Part shown: piece after piece, positions 45,239 through 53,400 of the stretch
Numbering within the stretch: the first letter of the stretch is position 1
Layout: the number at the start of each line of letters is the position of its first letter
IMG/VR virus record: IMGVR_UViG_3300035701_000003
Length of the DNA stretch: 64,000 nucleotides
From: a virus
Reading direction: 5' to 3' (one strand)
Position numbers and translations under genes: made by a program
Notes under the pieces: generated by a model
Told to the model about the DNA's origin: nothing
The model's input: the letters and a program-made list of their open reading frames with translations, nothing else
Databases searched by the model: none

Positions 45239-47476
45239 ATGGTTCCACTAGATCCTAAATTCTCTTCTGAAACTTTTGACTCTATTAACTGGGAGTTAGA
45301 TAATATTTTTACCTATGGAGCTAAAGACAACTATGATATTATTTCTAAACTTGTTATGAAGAGTTCTTTAGAAGACACTTTAAATATTAAGAATAATATT
45401 CTTTCCTACAAAGATTTCCCCGAGCGTATAAGAAAATTTACTAGAAATTACTTCGTTAGAGAGATAGAAGAGTTTCCAGATTTAGTAGAACATCTTGGTA
45501 CTTTAAAAGTATTTGCAGCTGAAAGACCTCATTATTATGATGCTGATATAGGAGCCGAATACTTTGAGACGCCTAATTTAATTTTATCTTATATTCCTTT
45601 GGATAACCTTTTTACTACGTATGCTAATGGTTTAGTTCACGAAATAGTACATTGCGTTCAGTACTTCTTGCAAAAGAAAGGAGTAGATGAGACAACACCC
45701 GACTATAATAATATTTGTTATAGTAAAGATAGTAAGTTCTATTTAGAAGATAAAGGAGAGAAGAAAGCTAAGGATGCTGAACTTGCCTTTGTTAAAGAAG
45801 CATGGCAAATACAACCCGACTTCGAAGAATTCGAAAAAATACTAAAACAACGCGGTTACTCTTATTATATTGATAACTATACTCTTATTATAGATTATAA
45901 AGGTTCTGTTAATCTTCCTTTTCTTACTACTCTTCCTGATAACATACAGTTTAATAATAAAGGTTTTGTTTATCTTTATTCTCTTACTACTCTTACTACT
46001 CTTCCTGATAACATACAGTTTAATAATAAAGGTTATGTTTATCTTTCTTCTCTTACTACTCTTACTACTCTTCCTGATAACATACAGTTTAATAATAAAG
46101 GTTATGTTGATCTTTCTTCTCTTACTACTCTTCCTGATAGCATACAGTTTAATAATAAAGGTTCTGTTTATCTTCCTTTTCTTACTCAATTACCTGAGAA
46201 CAAATATGATATATTTAAGAATGAAGGAATAGTATACTTATACTATAACCTCAGAAACGATAACTGGTCTAGATTCGACCCAAGATTAAGAGAAGGTAGT
46301 TTGAAATTAGGTTGGCAAATACAACCAGAAACTCTAGATGATTTTATTGGGTGTTTAGTAGATTATGAAGGTGCTGAAGCTATAGAATCTATAAATAGAT
46401 TCGGATTGATTACTCGTATAGAAAAATCTGATAGGCCGGGCGATGAACCCGGTACCTTAAAAGTTTGGGGATATTGGTCCGATGACCCGGAATATGTTAT
46501 GTATATGGTTCACTATTTTAATAGGGACAGATACTTTGCTGAAACTTTTTGGCCTATGCTTCCAGAAGATGCTAATAAATTGAAAGTTTTAAAGAGAGTA
46601 ATTAATTCTTCTCTTAAATTTTCTTGGTCTCAATTTCCCGCCTTTATTCAAGATTTACAAGAAGGGGATATTATTTGGGATGACGGTAACGATAAGTATA
46701 GAATTAAAAAAATAAATTATGAAGATAAAGAAGTATTATTAGAAGAAGTATTCGCCTCTGGTAATTTTGATGCGCCTTTTTGGATTAACGAACAAGATAT
46801 GCTAGAACATGGTTTTTATAAAGACCCTCCCCACGAGAGATTTCGAAGGGGTATGGAGAGTTCCCTTAAATTTTCTTCTCTTACTGATAAAAACGAACAG
46901 CTTTTCAATCAACGCTATAAAAACTATGGGGAAGATGGTGGAAATCTCTTCTGGAGTGATAAAGAGAATCAATATAAAAGATTCAAGTTACTATCCGATA
47001 TTGGTATACTTAATGAAGCCACCATATTAGATGTCGGTGTGGGGTTTGGCGATTTACTGGATTACTTCGAAGAAAGCAATATTAAACCTGAAAAGTACTT
47101 GGGAATTGACGTCGTTCCCGCTATAATTCAAATAGCAAAGAAAAAACATACAGAATATCCTTTTTATGTTAGAGATATAGTTAAAGAACCCTTTCCCGAG
47201 AATTCCTTTGATTTTTGTATAGGTTCGGGTTTATTTGCACTTAATGATAAGGACTGGAGTGAATCTGTTGTAAATTTAGTTAAATCTATGTATAATACTT
47301 GTAAAAAAGGAGTTGCTGTTAACTTTCTTTCTGGTAAAGTATTAAGTGATATGTTTAGGACTACTACTAAGGAAGAAATATTTAAGTTGACTAAAGATAA
47401 TGTTACAAATGATATGAAGATTATAGAGTCTAATGATATAGAAGATATCACCCTTTATTTGTATAAACAGGAGTAA
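45239..47476 (+). CDS. tag-delimited polyvalent protein: HExxH metallopeptidase-like, LRR-like, shared module, SH3/Tudor-like and class I SAM methyltransferase modules
   Basis: LVHEIVH (45638); linkers at 45794, 46289, 46607 and 46856; ILDVGVGFGDL and GIDVVP...FDF..GSG in the last module. Confidence 0.8.
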   Translation: MVPLDPKFSSETFDSINWELDNIFTYGAKDNYDIISKLVMKSSLEDTLNIKNNILSYKDFPERIRKFTRNYFVREIEEFPDLVEHLGTLKVFAAERPHYYDADIGAEYFETPNLILSYIPLDNLFTTYANGLVHEIVHCVQYFLQKKGVDETTPDYNNICYSKDSKFYLEDKGEKKAKDAELAFVKEAWQIQPDFEEFEKILKQRGYSYYIDNYTLIIDYKGSVNLPFLTTLPDNIQFNNKGFVYLYSLTTLTTLPDNIQFNNKGYVYLSSLTTLTTLPDNIQFNNKGYVDLSSLTTLPDSIQFNNKGSVYLPFLTQLPENKYDIFKNEGIVYLYYNLRNDNWSRFDPRLREGSLKLGWQIQPETLDDFIGCLVDYEGAEAIESINRFGLITRIEKSDRPGDEPGTLKVWGYWSDDPEYVMYMVHYFNRDRYFAETFWPMLPEDANKLKVLKRVINSSLKFSWSQFPAFIQDLQEGDIIWDDGNDKYRIKKINYEDKEVLLEEVFASGNFDAPFWINEQDMLEHGFYKDPPHERFRRGMESSLKFSSLTDKNEQLFNQRYKNYGEDGGNLFWSDKENQYKRFKLLSDIGILNEATILDVGVGFGDLLDYFEESNIKPEKYLGIDVVPAIIQIAKKKHTEYPFYVRDIVKEPFPENSFDFCIGSGLFALNDKDWSESVVNLVKSMYNTCKKGVAVNFLSGKVLSDMFRTTTKEEIFKLTKDNVTNDMKIIESNDIEDITLYLYKQE
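45899..46200 (+). repeat. 60/69-bp in-frame LRR-like tandem repeats (LTTLPDNIQFNNKG.V.L..)
   Basis: About five units; two carry an extra CTTACTACT 9-mer. Confidence 0.9.
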
Positions 47477-47478
47477 GA

Positions 47479-50400
47479 TTGGATAAGGTTTTTGTAAGTA
47501 AAGTTTCCGCTTTACTTAATAACAGAGAAGGCAGACCGATTAATGAAGAAGATATTTATCAATATTTAACTTCTCAAGGTTATCCTATATCGTCTATGGA
47601 GGATTTAAAAATCGACCTCCACGAGATGTATAGTAAAGGTTTCATTTATCCTTACCAAGGTTATTGGTATCCCACCTATCATTCCGAAGTTTGTGGTGCT
47701 GCTAATATTTCTCCAGATTCTAAAAATACTTTTAGATATCCAGCGGTTCAATATAGTTCTTTATTAACTAACTATGAAAAAGTAAAACCCGAAACTAGAG
47801 ATAAATATAAGGAGGAGTGGAAAGATAAATTAACTAAGTATTATGATTACTTTAAGAAGAGCCATCCTGAGTATAGTAACTTCTTTAAGTGGGTAGACCA
47901 AAGTTCGCCTAATTATTATGAATTTATAAAAGACGCTATGGCTATATTCTTACAAATGAATATGGAGCATAATAATATTAAATACCCTGGTACTCAGTAT
48001 TCCATCCCCGATGAGTTGACTACTATAGAGCACGCTATGAACGAGGCTGTTTATAGATTAACTACTTTTATGAAGAAGGAACATGGGGCTAAAGTTATTT
48101 CCCCGGACATTTATAGAAAAGCTTATGATAATGTAGCTGAGTTATCTGCTGAGATTCAATCTAAATTTATACTGGAAGTAATTTCTACTTCTCCTTCTGG
48201 TACTGTTATATCAGCAGATACTGTTAAAAAGTTTACTGAAACGGCTTTAAAGAAAAATCTTCCTAAGGAAGTCTCTCCTGATTTCTTTCTTAACGTAATA
48301 GAAGGAAAGTTGTCTAATCTAAAGCATTCTAAAGAAAAAGGGGTATTTTTATATAATACTTCAGCAACTACTATTGCTACTTACTTACAAGATGCTTTAC
48401 TTAAGAGTCCCGAATTTGTTAGTGCTTGGAATACCTTTATGAAAACTAAAGGTGGTTTCCAGGGTAAAGCCGATCAAATAACTACTAAAGTTTGGTCTGG
48501 TATTACAGCACCTGGTATTGATTTCTTTAAAGAAAAAGGATTAGATTTAGAGAAAGTAACTATAAGTAATTCTAATCTTAGTAATTGCAATTTTACTAAC
48601 GCCGACCTTTCTGGAACTTCTATAACCAATTGTAACTTACGTGGTAGTTTATTTAAGGAGAGTGTTTTTAAACCCTCTACTTTTACAGGTAATGATATTA
48701 CTAAGATGGACGTAGACGGCGCTGTTTTAAGTAAAAATATAACGTGGGATGAGAATAAGGGGCAACCTATTAACTTAGTTTACCGAGAAGTATCTTATGA
48801 TAAAAAGGACTTAGATAATATTGTAAAAAGCCCACAGGTATACTCTTACGCCTTCCCTTTGTCAGAGGCCGAAGAAGGAGACGCTTTAAATTTAGTTTAT
48901 GCATTGAAGGGTTATTTAGATAGTCTTCAAATACTTAGTTTTAAAAAGAATAACTTACTTAAACTTGGATGGCAAATACAACTCGAATTCTCTAAATTTG
49001 AAAATATTTTAAAAAATAAAAACTATTCTTATTATATTGATAACTATACCCTTATTATAAATCACAAAGGATATGTTGACCTTGATGCTCTTACTCAATT
49101 ACCTGAGAACATACAATTTAACAACAAAGGATATGTTAACCTTAATTCTCTTACTCAATTACCTGAGAACACGCAATTTAACAACAAAGGAGATGTTGAA
49201 CTTCGCTCTCTTACTCAATTACCTGAGAACATACAATTTAACAATGAAGGATATGTTTCCCTTGATTCTCTTACTCAATTACCTGAGAACATACAATTTA
49301 ACAATGAAGGATATGTTTCCCTTGATGCTCTTACTCAATTACCTGAGAACAAATATAATATATTTAAGAATGAAGGGGAAGTATTATATAACCTCAGAAA
49401 CTATATATGGTTGGAATTTGACCCAAGAGTAAGAGAAGGTAGTTTGAAATTAATTAAAACTTCTTCTTTATCTGATAATGAAATAACTTCATTAAAGAGT
49501 TGGTTAGAGTCACCTGAAAATATTCCTGATATAGAAGCAGAAGATTTAAGGAAGTGGTTAGCTGATAAAAATAAATCTGGCGAATTAACCGAAGCTGGTT
49601 TTAATAGAAAAGATATTAATTTACTTTTTGGAAGAGCTTCTACTTTAACAGGAGGACCAAAAAAACCCCCTTCTGAAATAGCCCGGGATAAACGAAATGA
49701 ATTATCTCAGAATTTCGCTAAAGCATATGGAGGTAAAGATAGTATTCCTAAAACGGCTCTCCTTGGAGTACTAACTAATAATGAAGGTAATTTATATGAT
49801 TGGTTGCTGGACTTGCCTGATAAAGTTACTTATAAGGATATTTTTAACCTTTATCATGCATTACTATCTTCTCTTAAGCAATTCCACCTTACCTCTGGAG
49901 CGACTACTTTAACTAGGAAATACGAACACCTTCCTTATACTACTTATGTAACCGACCTTTCTGATACTGAACGGGGCGTATCCGGTAAAGGTACTCAATT
50001 TGGAGTAGCCTTAGTACCTATTTACAATCTTATGCCAAGTGGAGTAGCAGAGGTTGCTCAGAGAGCTGTACATGAGGGTACTACTCACATGTATGAAGGA
50101 TTAGCTTTTTCTAGGATAGCTCCTGTAATATACCACGAAATTAGAAGTGGCGTAAAAGGAAAAATATTTAAAAAGGTTTGGGCTATAAGCGAGATGCAAT
50201 CGGATTCTTACCAAAAGTCTGGTAAATCGGAGGACCCCGACTCTAAAGAAGTAGGCGACGAGCGAGAAAATTTACATAAAGAATATTATAAGACAGAGGC
50301 TGAATTAGATAAGGCTATGAAGAATTTTCGTAGATATACACATCATTGGCCTGAAAATTTATTAAATGCTATTATTGAATTGGCCCAAAAGCACAACGTT

Positions 50401-53400
50401 GATGAAATTTGGATGCCTACTAGTAAGGATGTAGTTATGAAGACTGGCAAAAATGAATATACTCAAGAGGCTTGGTATAAATATTATGATAGACCCGCTA
50501 AAACCTTCGGGGGTAAGTTAAAGAACGTCGGGGCAGATATATCACTAGACCCTGGTTCAAGTTATTCTCATAAAAGGGCAGAATGGTATGTAATTCCCGT
50601 GAAGAAACAGACTAAAGAAGGAAGTCTAAATTTTTCATCCCAAGATCCTTCCTTTAATGATTATGATTCTACTCGTAATGATTTCTTTATGTACGATAAA
50701 GACCAACCCTCCGGTAATGACTCTCTTGATATGCAGCAGTCTTATTATACGGACTTAATGTATTTGAAGGATACTGATAAAGAGAAAAAAGAAAGAGACT
50801 CTCTTGATTGGACTGGAAGAGAAAATTTACAATTAGGTTTCGGTTCTCTTAAACTCTCTTGGCAAGAGCAGCCTGAAGAACGTCACTTTTATGACATTTA
50901 TATAAGAACAGAACAAGGTAGATTACTTCCTATTACTACTGTTTATGCAGTTGATAAGGAACAAGCCTTGAAAGAAGGTAAAAGTTCCGCACAAAGGTCT
51001 TCTATTGTCAGAAGAGTAATGAATTACGAGGAGAACTATACTTTTGTAGCAATAGAAAAAAAATCTTCTTCTCTCAAATTTTCTAACGATATCTATTTTG
51101 ATTCGACTCCTTCTGAAGATACTACTCCAGAAGAGAGAAACTTTACAAACCCCCTTCCCGATAAAAAACTTAGAAGAACCGACCCTAAGAAATACGATAG
51201 GAGACATGATTGGTATTCTCAATCCCCAGACTCCGAAGTAAGTAATAGATATGATAATTCTATTCCTTTAGAGGCTAGTTTGAAATTAGGTTGGACTTTT
51301 CAACCTCCTGTAATAGCTAAAGATTTATATGAATCTGGAGAATGGTTAAAATATATTCCCCGCAGTATGAAACCCGCTAAATCTCGAAAGTATATAGTAG
51401 GGGAACCTGTTTACATTACAATTGGGGGTAACAAACCTGTTTATCCCGATGTTTTTTATTTCGTGGGTTCTTGTAATAGTCCCTATACTGGTTATTATAT
51501 ACTTGTTAATGATAAAGGAGAAATTAGAAGAAGTAATAATATTAAAAAAGTAGAAGAAGTCAATCCTAAACTTATTGAGAAATTGAGGAAAAAGAAAACT
51601 TCTTCTCTTAAATTAGGTTGGAGAACTACCCCGGAACTTGGTACTTTGGATGCTCTCAAGAATTTCATTTCTACTATGGAACCTAACGTTAGGTATAAAT
51701 TTCCTAATTACCCTTATGAAGGAATAGAACTTGAATATGAGGATCCTGATGATGAAGGTATAATGCTATATACCTGGACTTTGCAACGTAACTGGGATTA
51801 CATACAAATGCCCGGACCAGTGTTTCCTTTGCATGGTAATATGGTAGTTTTTTGGAGAAAAAGGCAAAGTGCTGAAAAATCTTTATACAAGGAATTGAAA
51901 TGGTTCTATGATGAAACTACTGGGGAATTAAGCGAACGATGGAAAAATAAAAAGACCAGTTCTCTTCACTTTGGTTGGAAAATGCCCGAAAATATTAATG
52001 AAATTGCTAAAATGTTAGTAGCTCCTGAAAACTGGTATATAAGAACTTTTGTAAATAAAAAAACACGCGCGCTTATTCTTTATTTAGATGAGAAATTTAT
52101 AGAAAAATACGAAAAAGGATATGATAGAATGAGGGCTATGGAATATTCGCCTCTTCCAAAGGGGACTCTCGATAGTGCTGTAAATAGTATTAAGGAGCAA
52201 CTGGATAATTATGGAATGACTAACTATACTGTAAAGGTAGATAAAGACTTCCCGCATGCTATACGATTTTACTTTCCAATAGAAAGAACTTCTCTTAAGA
52301 CTCCTTGGAAAGACGTAATGAAGGAGATTAAGGAAAAATATGATAGATATGTTATGTGGGTTCAGAATAATATAGGTGGTTATTCTCTTTTAATTAGCCT
52401 GACACCGCGTAGCCCTAAATTAAAAGAAATAGTTGATTTATTAAGAGATCGTACTGGTATAGAACCCGAAGTAGTATCTCCAGGAGGACCTCCTCATTAC
52501 GGACCCTCTACTAGAATTTATATTACAACTCCTATTACTTCTTCTCTTAAACTCGGCTGGCAGCTATTTAATGATATAGAAGTAGGCGATACAGTAGAAG
52601 TGATTAAAGAGATAAGTGATGGCAGTTATAGATTACACATTGGTACTAGAGGTGAGGTCGACAATATACAAACTAGCACCCCTAGCTTTAATAGAATGGG
52701 TATAACTGTTTATATGTTTAGAGATAGAGATGTACAAAGACCAGAGCATTGGTATGTATTTTCAGATGAAGTAAAAAAGGTTACAGAAAGCTCTCTTCAC
52801 TTTAGTTGGCAAGTACAACCAGATGTTAATAATCTTTCCGGAATAGATTTAGCCCGGGCGCTCTCTACAGATGGTTGGCGTTATGTATACGACTCCGGAG
52901 CGAGACATTTTTACTTAGAAAACGATAATAATCATTATATTATTTTCCTACCTTATGATTTTGAAAAAGATGAATCCGGCATTAGAGAAGAAATGGGCTT
53001 AGTGGCGGATCCTTATAAGAAATGGATGATACAAGTAGGAAATGAATTTAAAGGTACTATAGATATGGAATATGTACCTACTATAGCGGAAGCTATACGA
53101 ATAATTGGGGAATGGAAACAGAAATACATCCGTAAAAACGACCCGAGAAGGGCGTCTCTTAAATTCTCTGATTTACAAGACTACCCTTGGGATGAAATAA
53201 AACATAACCTCGAACATCATTTTGATTACATTATAAATGAAAACCGAAAGAAATTCCCCGATGTAGAAGAGTATGTTACTGATGAGATGATGGCGCAATT
53301 CGCCTACAAAACCTTTTTTATGGAATATAATATTCCAGGTGTGTGGAGAGGAGACCCTGAATTTGTTGATGAAGTAAAAAGAATTATTAAAGATGATTTA

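Noticed and set aside
33997-46999. Nested + strand ORFs 33997..34194, 38108..38296, 43437..43628 and 46809..47030
   Set aside because: Fully or largely overlap better-supported genes. 43437..43628 lacks a lipobox, so it is not called an embedded o-spanin.
8389-49350. Tandem repeats as CRISPR arrays or DGR template/variable regions
   Set aside because: They are in-frame coding repeats without unique spacers. No reverse transcriptase and no adenine-specific repeat pair were seen.
45842-49432. Alternate-frame + strand ORFs 45842..46189, 45966..46232 and 49073..49432
   Set aside because: They arise from the stop-poor tandem repeats inside the LRR modules.
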